Positions 9,259 to 19,589 of a stretch of 64,000 bases of DNA are shown piece after piece (position 1 is the first letter of the stretch; each line of letters opens with the position of its first letter). Below the pieces are notes generated by a model that was given only the letters and a program-made list of their open reading frames with translations, had not been told where the DNA came from and did not search any database. The position numbers and the translations under genes are program-made. Source of the stretch: Capsulimonadaceae bacterium (GTDB taxonomy: Bacteria; Armatimonadota; Armatimonadia; Armatimonadales; Capsulimonadaceae). The DNA is taken from the NCBI GenBank assembly GCA_965215505.1, contig OZ244065.1:4576001-4640000 (forward strand), in the 5' to 3' direction.

Positions 9259-10260
9259 CTAACTAAACTTCCTCGGGTCTTTCTTGAGGGGCTGGACCGG
9301 TTCGACGAACGGCTGGTACAAAGCGGTGTACGCAGACCACTGATTTTTAAGGTAGAGGTCGTGGAAGAATAGGTACTGCTGCGCCCAGCCGGCCATCGGC
9401 CCGAACTGCTTCCGCAGGTGGTCGCCGATCTGGGCATAGCCGGCTTTAGTCAGCGTCTTGGCGGCGGGGGTATTTTTGAGGTACGTCCGCTGGGCGATAC
9501 GGCGGATGTGGGTGTCCACGGGGATGGCCCCATCCTGGTCCAGCGAGAACAGGCAGACGCAGTCGGCGATCTTCTCGCCGACGCCCGGCAGGGTCATCAG
9601 GGCCGCCTTCGCCTCGGGGTAGGGGAGCGCGCGCAGGCCGAACAGCCAGGCCGCCCCGCCGTTCGCCATGACCTTCTGCGCCGTCTCCTTGATGGAGCGC
9701 GCGCGGTAGGCGAGGCCGGTGTTGGTCAGGTGCGGGATGGAGGCCTCGGCCAGCCGGTGGATGGGCGGGAAGGCGTGATGGACCAGCCCCGCCACCTCGC
9801 CGCCGGGGTAGTCGTCCCCATACTCGCGGCACAGGGCGGCGATGGTCCTCCGGATGCGGTACAAAGGGGCGGCTGGCGTGCAGAGGAAGGAGAACAGGCA
9901 TTCCACGGGGTCCTGCCGGATGACGCGCAAGCCGGCGAACTCGCGCACCGCGTCCCGGATGTTCGGGTCGTGGGCGGCGAAACCGGCCGTCAGGGCCGGC
10001 AGGTCCACGTCCAGCCGGAAGTAGTCCCGCACCAGGGCCATGTCATCGGGGCACGGACCGGTCTCGTAGTAGACCATCTCGTCGTCCTGCCAAAGCCGGA
10101 CGAGCTGGTGCGCCGTCCGGCCCGTCGCCGGGTCGGTGATGGGCAGCAGGCAGGCCCACCAGCCCGCCTTGTCCCGCCGCCAGCGGAAGGTCTGGCCGCA
10201 GATGACGGTGTAGGTGATCTCGAACTCCGCGATGGGGCAGAGGAAGGTGGAGTACGGCAT
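9259..10260 (-). CDS. 8-oxoguanine DNA glycosylase (Ogg1-like, HhH-GPD)
   Basis: CGQTFRW, GLRVIRQDPVECLFSF, HhH LPGVGEKIADC, PVDTH, AGWAQQYLF. Confidence 0.9.
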   Translation of the reverse strand: MPYSTFLCPIAEFEITYTVICGQTFRWRRDKAGWWACLLPITDPATGRTAHQLVRLWQDDEMVYYETGPCPDDMALVRDYFRLDVDLPALTAGFAAHDPNIRDAVREFAGLRVIRQDPVECLFSFLCTPAAPLYRIRRTIAALCREYGDDYPGGEVAGLVHHAFPPIHRLAEASIPHLTNTGLAYRARSIKETAQKVMANGGAAWLFGLRALPYPEAKAALMTLPGVGEKIADCVCLFSLDQDGAIPVDTHIRRIAQRTYLKNTPAAKTLTKAGYAQIGDHLRKQFGPMAGWAQQYLFFHDLYLKNQWSAYTALYQPFVEPVQPLKKDPRKFS

Positions 10261-10342
10261 ACAGCATTGTACGCCGGGGGCGCGAGGTTTGTCAAACGCC
10301 GCCCCTCGCTAGGTAGGGCAGACAAAAAAGAGGTAGGGCACA

Positions 10343-10405
10343 CAAAAAAGCAGCGCGGCTGTACGCAGGCCGTCTCACGACGGGCTGCGGAACACCGCGC
10401 TGCTT
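10343..10405 (-). terminator. Intrinsic terminator after the putative sRNA
   Basis: AAGCAGCGCGG...CCGCGCTGCTTTTTT hairpin followed by a U-run on the minus strand. Confidence 0.65.
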
Positions 10406-10409
10406 CTCT

Positions 10410-10598
10410 TGATTTCCAAAAGATGTCCGAAGACTTCTCTCAGGCTTCTGGGGTGGGCTGGTGGCAAAGGTAGCCATTCATGACCCGCGAGTGAACATCA
10501 CCCGTAGGTTTGAGCCGCCCCGAAGGTTAAAAGGACTAACCTTCGCCACCGCCCTGTAAACTATGATCCAATTGTTGATACCTCCTTTTGAATGTGAT
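10410..10598 (-). ncRNA. Putative structured small RNA, 6S (SsrS)-like rod
   Basis: Extended -10 (TGGTATATT) just upstream. Long self-complementary rod: GGGCGGTGGCGAAGGT pairs with ACCTTTGCCACCAGCCC, with apical stem CCTACGGGTGA/TCACTCGCGGG. About 190 nt, downstream terminator, no convincing ORF. Confidence 0.5.
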
Positions 10599-10625
10599 AC
10601 TCTAATATACCATGTTTTGACGATT

Positions 10626-11954
10626 TTAATTCCCGTCTTCCAGGATATTTTCGTTCCGCCCGCTTTTGGCCCAGGCGGGGAGGAACGGGACGAAGAAGAC
10701 GGCCAGCAGGGTGAACCCGAAGCCGAACCACAGGGCGCAGAACCAGCCGTGCGCGATGGAGTGGCCGCTCGCCGGCCCGAACCAGTCGTAGAGCGCGCTG
10801 CCGAACTTGTCGCACAGGACGATGCTGAGGCTCAGGGCGGCCTGCATCAGCCCATAGACAGTCCCCTCGATCTGGGGAGGGCAGGCGCGGGCGGCCAGAG
10901 TGTTCAGGCAGACGGCGAGGAAGATCGCGAGGAAGCTCCACCCGAACTGCGCGTACCGCACCGAGGGCGCGTCGTGCATCGTCATCGCGACGAGGTAAAT
11001 GGCGGCGTCCGCCCCGATCGCGCCCCAGACGACCGCCCGGATGGGCAGCCGCCGGGAGAAGGTGCCGAAGGCGACCAGCCCCGCGATGGAACCCGCCGAC
11101 GTCCAACTATCCAGCCGCCCGATGAAGCCCTTGGAGAGATGCAGCACGTCCGTCTCGTAGTACACTGAGGCGGTCAGCAGCAGGGGCGTGACGTAGAGGT
11201 AGAACAGGAATGCGGTCATCACCCACATGCCGGGCGTCGCCGCCGCTTCGCGCAGGGCCGCAGCCGTCCGCGCCCGCTCGGCCCGCTTCGCCTCCGCCTG
11301 CTCCGCCGTCGCCCGCCGCCGGCCCGTGACCCGCCGGTCTTCGATCAGGAACGTCAGCGGCAGGAAGGCCAGCGACAGCAGCGCGGCCACCAGGAACGTG
11401 TGGTGGTACGACCAGGACTGCGTCACCTCGCCGTCGAGTCTCGCCGTGTAGGCGAGGCTGAGGAGCAGCGGCGTCATCTGGAAGAGCGCCTGCAAGACGC
11501 CGAACCTCCCCGTCCGGTTGCCCACCGAAACCATGACGGCGTTGATCAGCACCCCGGCCATCGCCGCGCCCGTCCCCGCCACGATCAGCAGGCAGGCGAG
11601 GGCGGCGTAGTGATACGCATGGAGCGTCATCAGGCCCGCATACCCGGCTGCCTGTACGACGGCGGCCAGCGCGAAGTACGAGCGGCGGTGCCACCCGCCC
11701 AGTGGGTACAGGTCGGACAGGCCGCCCATGAAGGGCTGCAAGTAGGCGGGGAGGTTGATGAGGAGCAGCAGGGTGCCGACCCCGCTGGCGCTCAGGTGCA
11801 GCGTGTCTTTGTACAGAAAGGTCTGCTTGTTGGCGGTCACCGCGCCCAGGACACCGCCGAGCGCCGCCGCCGCCGCGATCAGCAGGGCGGTCCGCCAGAG
11901 CGCGTCCCGGCTCACGGAGAGGGTGGGGGACTGAAGGGGGGTGTAGACGGCCAA
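10626..11954 (-). CDS. MFS transporter (BT1/folate-biopterin-like)
   Basis: About 12 hydrophobic segments; PFMGGLSDLYPLGGWHRRSY and AARACPPQIEGTVYGL motifs. Start (TTG 11954) inferred, because the upstream part of the tracked ORF is repeat-derived. Confidence 0.8.
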   Translation of the reverse strand: MAVYTPLQSPTLSVSRDALWRTALLIAAAAALGGVLGAVTANKQTFLYKDTLHLSASGVGTLLLLINLPAYLQPFMGGLSDLYPLGGWHRRSYFALAAVVQAAGYAGLMTLHAYHYAALACLLIVAGTGAAMAGVLINAVMVSVGNRTGRFGVLQALFQMTPLLLSLAYTARLDGEVTQSWSYHHTFLVAALLSLAFLPLTFLIEDRRVTGRRRATAEQAEAKRAERARTAAALREAAATPGMWVMTAFLFYLYVTPLLLTASVYYETDVLHLSKGFIGRLDSWTSAGSIAGLVAFGTFSRRLPIRAVVWGAIGADAAIYLVAMTMHDAPSVRYAQFGWSFLAIFLAVCLNTLAARACPPQIEGTVYGLMQAALSLSIVLCDKFGSALYDWFGPASGHSIAHGWFCALWFGFGFTLLAVFFVPFLPAWAKSGRNENILEDGN

Positions 11955-12084
11955 AGGTAATGCTTTCTTGTGAGGGATTGCCTTCGGCGCTGGAGGCGGT
12001 TTCAGTATGGCAGATAGCGGGCGCGGTGTCAATGCTGGGGCCCTGCCGCCCATGGCCGGTCTCCCCATGAGGGTGCCGAAGAGT

Positions 12085-12249
12085 GCCACGGGTTGAAACC
12101 CAAGGCACCGGAGTTCCCGGCGCCCCAGGGACGCATGAGACGGCATAGGATCGTAGGGGCGGGGTCCCCCCGCCCTCTGCTTCCTGTCCTGTGTCCTCTA
12201 CGTTCCCTGGACGATAAGCTTTTCAGTGCCTCGGGTTTCAACCCGTGGC
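12085..12249. repeat. Palindromic REP/MITE-like element, family A (CCACGGGTTGAAACCC.AGGC arms) with a nested GTAGGGGC REP
   Basis: Terminal inverted repeats visible; related copy at 25717-25855. Confidence 0.8.
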
Positions 12250-12864
12250 GCTCTCATCACCTGTTCCCGACACTATGCGCCGCTCCCGCAACCATTGCCC
12301 GACCCCGTTCACGACCGCCACGATGCAGCCTAACAGAAACCAACTCCCCCAGACGATCAGCGCGACAAGGTTGATACGGTGGATGTGGTAGATGTCCAGG
12401 TAGGACAGCCCCCAAATCAGGAACATGGCGTTCGGGACCAGACCCATCCGCCCACCCATGGCCGGAATGAAGCTATCCTTCAGCCACTCTGACGGCAACG
12501 ACTCTGCGGGTCTGCCGAGGCTTCGGGACACAAAAAGCAGGGCGGCTGCGGAGGCCCAATAAAGTAGGGCGAAGAGACATATGAAAATGAGAACGCTGAA
12601 AAAGCCGACCATGATTTTGCCGACGAGCGGCGCATCACGCTCCAGCCAGAACACCGCGAGAACCAACATGATGTTGAACGAAGCTGTCTTCGCCCATTTC
12701 GGCAGACCAAAGCCCCCCGGCATCCGAGGCAGTGCCATGTACAGGGGCAGGAGCAAACGCCGCTGCGGTGCTTGCTTCGGCGTTTCATAGGTCGGCGGCG
12801 GGGGCCAGACCCCATCGGAAGCCCTCGCCGCCCCTGTTCGTTTGCGCCTGCCTTTCGCCGCCAT
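12238..12864 (-). CDS. Hypothetical membrane protein
   Basis: About 4 hydrophobic helices; starts 10 nt after the transporter stop; its stop lies in the repeat arm. Confidence 0.65.
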   Translation of the reverse strand: MAAKGRRKRTGAARASDGVWPPPPTYETPKQAPQRRLLLPLYMALPRMPGGFGLPKWAKTASFNIMLVLAVFWLERDAPLVGKIMVGFFSVLIFICLFALLYWASAAALLFVSRSLGRPAESLPSEWLKDSFIPAMGGRMGLVPNAMFLIWGLSYLDIYHIHRINLVALIVWGSWFLLGCIVAVVNGVGQWLRERRIVSGTGDESATG

Positions 12865-12874
12865 CCTGTGCCCT

Positions 12875-14914
12875 CTAATGCTCCAGGAAATAGCGGACGT
12901 TCGTCACGATCACGTCGCGGCGGTTCAGCAGGGCCAGCTTCAAGAGTGGCCCGGCCTGGTTGTGCAGCAGGTGGTGCCAGAGCTTGCGCGAGACCAATTC
13001 CGGGATGACGATGGTGACCACGTCGTCGCCGCGCTCCTTCTGGACGGCGTCGATGTAGCGCAGGAGCGGGCCGACGAGGGAGCGGTAGGGGGACTCCATG
13101 ATGATCAGCGGGATGTCCGGGACGTGCGCGTTCCACGACTCCTTCATCGCCGCCGTCTTCTCGGGGTCCGTCTCGATGTAGACCGCCCGGACGTCCTCGC
13201 TCGTCAGGCGCGCGTAGTTCAGGGCGTCCAGGATGCCCCGGTGCAGGCGCGAGACCAGCACCAAAACCGTGTTGTGGGTGGGCACGGCGGCGGGCGCATT
13301 GTCCAGGGCCAGCTCGTCGCGCATCTCGTCGTAGTGCCAGTGAATCCGCAGGAAGAACATCACCATCAGCGGCACCAGCACGATGACAAGCCACGCGCCG
13401 TAATGTGGATAGTACTTGCCGAAGTGGATGGCCTGGCTGATGACGTCGCCGTCGGCGAACTTGGAAACGGCGATGATGAGAGTTACAGCGCCGGTCGCCA
13501 CCGCGCCCAGGGCGTTGAAGCCGAGCGAGACCTGCCAGCCCGGATGCCGCTCGCGCAGCCAGTGGCGCACCATGCCGATCTGGGCCAGGGTGAACGAGGT
13601 GAAGACGCCGATGGCATACAGCGATAATAGGGCGTCCACGATTCCCTTGAAGATCACGATCAGGAAGATGGCCGCGACGGACAGCAGGATGATGCCGTTG
13701 GAATACGAGAGCCGGTCGCCGATGTTTGCGAGCTGCCGGGGCAGGAAGCTGTCCCGCGCCAGCATGGAGGCGAGCTGCGGGAAACCCGCGAAGGCGGCGT
13801 TGGCGGCGATCACCAGGATGACGGCGGTGGAGTACTGCACGACATAGAACATGAAGTGCAGGGCGGGCGGCCAGGCCGTGTTCGCCACCTGGCCGACCAC
13901 GCTCTGGTAGTCGGGCTGCGTCGCGTCCAGGTGGTCGTGGATGCCGAACCGGACCGTCAGGTAGGTCAGGCCGAGGAACATCATCACGGCCAAAACGCCC
14001 ATCCAGACCGTCGTGAGCGCGGCGTTCTTGTCGCTCGGCTCTTTGAACAGCGGGGTGGTGTTGGAGATGGCCTCGACGCCGGTGAGCGCCGTACATCCCT
14101 GCGAGAAGCCGCGCAGGACCAGATACAGGCCCACGGCCTTCAGCCCGGCCTTCGAGGCGGCGTAGCTGTCCCCCAGCCGCTGCGCTTCGGCGATGTGCGG
14201 GGCGTGGATCGCCAGGCCGATCAGGCCCGCCGCCACCGTTGCCAGGATGGAGAAGATGAACAGGTAGGCCGGCCCGGCGAACGCCCACCCGGCCTCGCGG
14301 ACGCCGCGCAGGTTCAGGATCGCCACGATCAGCACACCCAGGATGCACATCAGGACGAGGTGTTCATGCAGGGAGGGCACGGCGGTGATGATCGCCGCCA
14401 CGCCCGCCGCCACCGAGGTCGCCACGGTCAGGACATAGTCCACCAGGAGGGAGGCCGCCGCCACCAGGGAGGGCACCGTCCCCAGGTTGTCGCGCGAGAC
14501 GGGATACGCCCCGCCCCCACCGGGGTAGGCGAAGATGACCTGCCGGTAGGACAGTACGACGACGGCCAGCAGGGCGCAGATGCCGAACCCGATGGGCAGG
14601 GCGAAGTGCAGGTTGCCGGTCAGGATGGCCGACCCGAGCAGGACGGACAGGATGGCCTCGGTCGCGTAGGCGTTGGAGGAGAGCGCGTCGGAGGAGAAGA
14701 TCGGCAGGGCCAGGAAGACCGGCAGCTTCTGATGGCCTGCCCCCGAAGTGGGCAGTGCGCGCCCGAAGACGATGCGCCGCAGCCGCCCCAGGGCGCTGTC
14801 GTACTTGTGGGGCGCGGGCAGGGCGCTCGGGCCTCCCGCTGTCGGGCCGGTCGTCTTCGCCTCCGCCGGCTGCCGAGGCTTGCCGCTCGGCGGTGTGGTG
14901 GTGGGAGTTGCCAT
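12875..14914 (-). CDS. APC-family permease, KimA/YdaO-like K+ transporter
   Basis: SSDALSSNAYATE, YPGGGGAY, ALTGVEAISN, and the C-terminal SPYRSL...WHHLLHNQ domain typical of KimA/YdaO. Confidence 0.85.
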   Translation of the reverse strand: MATPTTTPPSGKPRQPAEAKTTGPTAGGPSALPAPHKYDSALGRLRRIVFGRALPTSGAGHQKLPVFLALPIFSSDALSSNAYATEAILSVLLGSAILTGNLHFALPIGFGICALLAVVVLSYRQVIFAYPGGGGAYPVSRDNLGTVPSLVAAASLLVDYVLTVATSVAAGVAAIITAVPSLHEHLVLMCILGVLIVAILNLRGVREAGWAFAGPAYLFIFSILATVAAGLIGLAIHAPHIAEAQRLGDSYAASKAGLKAVGLYLVLRGFSQGCTALTGVEAISNTTPLFKEPSDKNAALTTVWMGVLAVMMFLGLTYLTVRFGIHDHLDATQPDYQSVVGQVANTAWPPALHFMFYVVQYSTAVILVIAANAAFAGFPQLASMLARDSFLPRQLANIGDRLSYSNGIILLSVAAIFLIVIFKGIVDALLSLYAIGVFTSFTLAQIGMVRHWLRERHPGWQVSLGFNALGAVATGAVTLIIAVSKFADGDVISQAIHFGKYYPHYGAWLVIVLVPLMVMFFLRIHWHYDEMRDELALDNAPAAVPTHNTVLVLVSRLHRGILDALNYARLTSEDVRAVYIETDPEKTAAMKESWNAHVPDIPLIIMESPYRSLVGPLLRYIDAVQKERGDDVVTIVIPELVSRKLWHHLLHNQAGPLLKLALLNRRDVIVTNVRYFLEH

Positions 14915-15055
14915 GAAGGTGTCTTTCGCTGGGAAAATTCTGATGTCATTGTACCCTGTCGCCGCTGCAAGTGACCTTCTGCTTCTGCAATTCCGAGGGG
15001 TATGCTATAATGGGGTAACGCAATACTCGCAATCCGTCTCCGAAGGCATTCTTCC

Positions 15056-17734
15056 ATGAACAAGGCTCTTCTCCCTCTCGCCGGGGCGCTGTTGTCCCTG
15101 GCCGGCGCGGCCTGGGCACAGATGCCCGCCGCCCCAAACACCGTCCCGCCCGCGATGTTCCCGTTCGTCCTGCCCTGGGATGACGCCGCGCCCGGCACGA
15201 TCACCGACATGTCTTTCCTGAACGCCAGGCCTGCCGGCGTCAACGGCTATATCACGCCGAAGGACGACCACTTCGTCGAGAGCAAGACGGGGAAGCGCGT
15301 CCGGTTCCTCGGCACCAACTTCGCCGCCAAATGCGCCTTCCCCTCCCACGCCGACGCCGTGAAGGTGGCCGCCCGCATCGCCAAACTGGGCATCAACCTG
15401 GTCCGCCTGCACCACATGGACAACGACGGCTGGGGGGCGGGGGCGAGCATTTGGGACATGTCCGTCAAGGACCGGCAGCACATTGACCCCGCCCAGCTCG
15501 ACAGGCTGGATTTTCTGGTCGCCCAGTTCAAGAAGAACGGCGTCTACTCCAACATCAACCTGCACGTCTCGCGCCAGTTCTCCCCCGACGACGGCTTCCC
15601 GGCCAGCGTCAGCGCCATCCCGTTCGACTTCGACAAGCGCGTGGACGAGTTCGACCGGCGCATGATAAAGCTCCAGAAGGACTACGCCCGCGCCCTGCTC
15701 ACCCACGTCAACCCCTATACGGGCCTGTCTTATGCCCAGGACCCCGCCGTCGCCGTCGTCGAGATCAACAACGAGAACTCGCTGGTCGGCGACGGGTGGG
15801 CCGGCACTTATGGGAACGACCTGGGAACCCTGCCGGAGCCGTTCCGAGGCGAACTGGTCGGCTTCTGGAACGCCTGGCTGACCAAAAAGTACGGCACGGA
15901 CGCCAAAGTCCAGGCCGCCTGGACGGCGGGCCTGACGCCCACCGGCCCCGGCCTGCTGACCCAGACTATGAACTGGTCCACCGAGCATCAGGGGACATCA
16001 CAGGCGGTGGCCGGTACGGTCATGGAAACGGGGCAGGATCGTCGCCGTGGTCTGCGCGCCCAAAACATCGAGGCAGATGTCACCGGGGTTGACGGCACGG
16101 ACTGGCACGTCCAGGCGCATCAGACCGGGCTGAACCTGACCGACGGCACCACTTACACCGTCTCGTTCCGCGCCAAAGCCGACAAGCCTCGGCCCATGCC
16201 CCTCGGAGCCAGCCTCGACCAAGCCGACTGGCACAACATCGGCCTGACCGCGAATGCCGCCCTGACGGCCGACTGGAAGACCTTCCGTTACGTCTTCACC
16301 GCCCATGACACCGCCCCGAACCACAACCGTATCGCCTTCACCTTGGGCGGGCAGACTGGGACCGTCTGGATCTCCGATCTGCAAATCCACCCCGGCGCGG
16401 ACGGCGCAGGGCTTGCACCCGGCGAGTCGCTGCTGACCAGGACCGTGGACATCCCGACGACGGCCCTCAGAGCTTCGCACGACGACTGGGTCGCTTTCCT
16501 GGCCGACACGGAGCGCGGGTACGCCGAGGAGATGCGCCTCTACCTGAAGAACGGCCTTCACGTCCGGGCGAACGTCCTCTGCTCCCAGATCTCGTGGGGC
16601 GGCCTGACCGGCATCAGCCGGGAGGCGAACATGGACTTCGCCGACAACCACGCCTACTGGCAGCACCCGTCCTTCCCGCACAAGGCGTGGGACGCGAACG
16701 ACTGGACCATGCCCAACACCGCCATGGTGTCCGACCTCGCGGATGGCAAGGGCGGCACATTGCAGTCGCTGGCCGAGTACCGCGTGGCCGGCAAGCCCTA
16801 CAGCGTTTCGGAGTACAACCACCCCGCACCCAACGACTACCGGGCCGAGACCCTGCCGGAACTGGCGACCTTCGCTGCCTTCCAGGGTTGGGACATGATC
16901 TACCTGTTCGACTACGGCGACTATGGCACGGGGGTCCAGAACGACAAGATCAACGGCTACTTTGGCATCACCAGCGACCCGGCCAAAACGGCGTTCCTGC
17001 CTGCGGCGGCCATGATCTTCCGGGCAGGCGAGATCGCCCCCGCCCTGGAGGGTGAGCGACTGCGCCTGATCAACCCGGTCGCTGGTGGGCTTCTCAGCGC
17101 CGGGCCGGCCTGGAGGGCGGCGGGTCCTGATGATCCCCCGATCTTCTCCCACCGTCTCGCCGTCTTACAGGACCGCTCCCCAGGTACGGCGGGCATCTTC
17201 CTCGCCATTAAAGACCCACACTCGGGGCCAGCGGTGCCGCGCTCCGTTTCCGTGGGAAAGACCGCCGCCGGCGGGCGCTACCTGGCCGTCAGCCCGTCCG
17301 CCCAGTCCGTCGTCGGCTTTGTCGGCGGCCAGACCGTGACACTGGGGCGGAACACGCTGGCCTTCCCTGCCTTCGGCAACGACTTCGGCAACGACTTCGC
17401 CGCCGCGACGCTGACGGCGATGGACCGGAAGCCCCTCGCGCAGTCCCGCCGCCTCTTGCTGACACTCGTGGGCAAGGTGGAGAACCAGGACATGGGCTGG
17501 AACGCGGGCCGCACCAGCGTCGGCGACAAGTGGGGCCACGGCCCGACCGTCGCCGAGGGCATCCCCGCGACCGTGACGCTCAAAACGACCGTCGCCCGCC
17601 ACGTCTGGGCGCTGGACGGAGTGGGAAAGCGGGTGAGGGACGTGCCCGCGACCTTCGCGGATGGGACGCTTACGTTCACCGTCGGCCCGCAGTTCAAGAC
17701 GCTGTGGTACGAGATAGGGGCGCTTGACCGATGA
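15056..17734 (+). CDS. Secreted GH-A clan glycoside hydrolase with inserted CBM4/9 (GH148-like)
   Basis: Signal peptide; GINLVRLHHMD, HVNPYTG, EINNENS acid/base motif, VSEYNHP nucleophile motif; CBM-like WHVQ...YTVSFRAKA insert. Confidence 0.75.
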   Translation: MNKALLPLAGALLSLAGAAWAQMPAAPNTVPPAMFPFVLPWDDAAPGTITDMSFLNARPAGVNGYITPKDDHFVESKTGKRVRFLGTNFAAKCAFPSHADAVKVAARIAKLGINLVRLHHMDNDGWGAGASIWDMSVKDRQHIDPAQLDRLDFLVAQFKKNGVYSNINLHVSRQFSPDDGFPASVSAIPFDFDKRVDEFDRRMIKLQKDYARALLTHVNPYTGLSYAQDPAVAVVEINNENSLVGDGWAGTYGNDLGTLPEPFRGELVGFWNAWLTKKYGTDAKVQAAWTAGLTPTGPGLLTQTMNWSTEHQGTSQAVAGTVMETGQDRRRGLRAQNIEADVTGVDGTDWHVQAHQTGLNLTDGTTYTVSFRAKADKPRPMPLGASLDQADWHNIGLTANAALTADWKTFRYVFTAHDTAPNHNRIAFTLGGQTGTVWISDLQIHPGADGAGLAPGESLLTRTVDIPTTALRASHDDWVAFLADTERGYAEEMRLYLKNGLHVRANVLCSQISWGGLTGISREANMDFADNHAYWQHPSFPHKAWDANDWTMPNTAMVSDLADGKGGTLQSLAEYRVAGKPYSVSEYNHPAPNDYRAETLPELATFAAFQGWDMIYLFDYGDYGTGVQNDKINGYFGITSDPAKTAFLPAAAMIFRAGEIAPALEGERLRLINPVAGGLLSAGPAWRAAGPDDPPIFSHRLAVLQDRSPGTAGIFLAIKDPHSGPAVPRSVSVGKTAAGGRYLAVSPSAQSVVGFVGGQTVTLGRNTLAFPAFGNDFGNDFAAATLTAMDRKPLAQSRRLLLTLVGKVENQDMGWNAGRTSVGDKWGHGPTVAEGIPATVTLKTTVARHVWALDGVGKRVRDVPATFADGTLTFTVGPQFKTLWYEIGALDR

Positions 17735-19566
17735 ACACCTTGTTCCTGCCGCCTCTCCTCTGGGCGGTCCTTGCGGCGGTCCTTCTCTGCCCCGGCCCGG
17801 CGCGCGCTCAGCAGGAGCCGCCGGCCCCGCCCGGCGGCGTCGCCGCCCTGCCCGCCGACAGCCTTCCCGGCTTCCTGCCATCCTATAAGGACGACAACAT
17901 CGGAATCGTCCCCGTCGCCGGGCGGCCGTTCACGCGCGCCCTGCGGATCACCACCAGCCAGCCCAACCCGCCCGCCCCGTGGAGTGTCCAGTACGGCATC
18001 CGCACCTCCGCGCCCGTCAAAAAAGGTGACACCCTGCTGGCTGACTTCTGGATGCGGACGGTTCGGACCCAGACCGGCTACGGGCGGGCCGACGTCTACT
18101 TCCAGGATGCGGCCACCTACAACAAATCCATCTACTACTCCGCCTCGGCCACGTCTGGCTGGAAGCACATCCAGGTCCCGTTCGCGGCGGTTCAGGACGA
18201 ACCGGCGGGCCGGGGCTTCCTCGGATTCGGCGTCGGCTTCACCGCCCAGACCATCGAGGTCGCGGACATCCGCGTGACGGACTACGGCACGTCCGTCTCG
18301 GTCAGCGGCCTGCCGACGACCCGCATCACCTACGCGGGCCGCGAACCCGACGCCCCCTGGCGCAAGGCCGCCGATGCCCGCATCGAGCGCATCCGCAAGG
18401 GAGACCTGCGCGTGGTCGTGACGGACCGCCGGGGCAGGCCCATCCCCGGTGCCGCCGTCTCGGCCCGCATGACCCGTCACGCCTTCGGCTTCGCCACCGC
18501 CGTCTCCACCGACGTCTTCCTGCCGCACCCGGACACCCCCGCCGCCCAGGACTACCGACGCCGCATCTACCGCCTGTACAACAAGGTCACCGGGAACGGC
18601 GTCAAGTGGCCGGAGTGGGAGGGCACGGCCGCTGGCTTCAACGGGGTGACCGGCACCTGGTATCAGTTCCGCCCCGCCGACACGATCGCCTTCGTCCGCA
18701 CTCTGCGCGCTCATGGGATCGCCGCGCGCGGCCAGAACCTCCTCTGGCCCTCCTGGGGCTACCTGCCCAAAGACCTGGAAGCGATGAAGAACGACCCCGC
18801 CGCGCTCCGCCGGCGCATCCACAGCCACATCGCCGAGGAGATGACCGCCCTGAAGGGGCTGTACGCCGAGTGGGACGTCGTCAACGAGCCGTACTCGAAC
18901 CACGACCTCATGGACGCGCTAGGCCAGCACGAGATGGTGGACTGGTTCCGGCAGGCGCATGCCTTGGACCCGCAGGCGCGGCTGTTCGTCAACGACAACG
19001 GCATCATGGAGAGCGACGGCGAGGACGCCGCCCACGCCGTCGCTTATGAGAAGACCATCCAGTATTTGCTTGACAACCACGCCCCCCTGGGCGGCATCGG
19101 CATGGAAGGCCACTACAGCAGCGTCCTGACCCCGCCCGACACGCTACTCCGGTTCCTGGACCGCTTTGGACGGTTCGGCCTGCCCATCGAAACCACCGAG
19201 TTCGACATCAACGGCACCGACGAGCAGGTGCAGGCCGACTACACCCGCGACTATATGACTGCGACGTTCTCGCACCCCGCCGTCAGCGGCTTCGTGATGT
19301 TCGGCTTTTGGGAGAGCGACCACTGGATTCCGAATGCCGCCTCCTGGCGCAAAGACTGGACAATCAAGCCCAGCGGCCGGGCCTATGAAGACCTCGTCCT
19401 GCACAAGTGGTGGACCAACGCCTCGGGTAAAACCGGGCCGACGGGTCTCTACAAGACGCGCGGCTTCCTGGGCGACTACGCCGTCACCATTTCGCACGCG
19501 GGCCGCACGAAGACCGTCAAGGCCGCGCTCGTCCGGCCCGGCACGACGCTCAAAGTCGCGCTGTAA
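17731..19566 (+). CDS. GH10 endo-1,4-beta-xylanase-like protein
   Basis: Signal peptide; WDVVNEP, LFVND, GIGMEGH, TEFD motifs; ATGA overlap with the upstream gene. Confidence 0.85.
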   Translation: MNTLFLPPLLWAVLAAVLLCPGPARAQQEPPAPPGGVAALPADSLPGFLPSYKDDNIGIVPVAGRPFTRALRITTSQPNPPAPWSVQYGIRTSAPVKKGDTLLADFWMRTVRTQTGYGRADVYFQDAATYNKSIYYSASATSGWKHIQVPFAAVQDEPAGRGFLGFGVGFTAQTIEVADIRVTDYGTSVSVSGLPTTRITYAGREPDAPWRKAADARIERIRKGDLRVVVTDRRGRPIPGAAVSARMTRHAFGFATAVSTDVFLPHPDTPAAQDYRRRIYRLYNKVTGNGVKWPEWEGTAAGFNGVTGTWYQFRPADTIAFVRTLRAHGIAARGQNLLWPSWGYLPKDLEAMKNDPAALRRRIHSHIAEEMTALKGLYAEWDVVNEPYSNHDLMDALGQHEMVDWFRQAHALDPQARLFVNDNGIMESDGEDAAHAVAYEKTIQYLLDNHAPLGGIGMEGHYSSVLTPPDTLLRFLDRFGRFGLPIETTEFDINGTDEQVQADYTRDYMTATFSHPAVSGFVMFGFWESDHWIPNAASWRKDWTIKPSGRAYEDLVLHKWWTNASGKTGPTGLYKTRGFLGDYAVTISHAGRTKTVKAALVRPGTTLKVAL

Positions 19567-19589
19567 CCGGGCCATGCTATAATAAACCC

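Noticed and set aside
10570-10592. 16S rRNA 3'-end-like ACCTCCTT sequence
   Set aside because: Only a short match with no rRNA context; better explained as part of the minus-strand sRNA.
14915-15055. c-di-AMP (ydaO) riboswitch upstream of the KimA-like gene
   Set aside because: The interval is short, holds divergent -10 boxes and shows no recognisable ydaO consensus.
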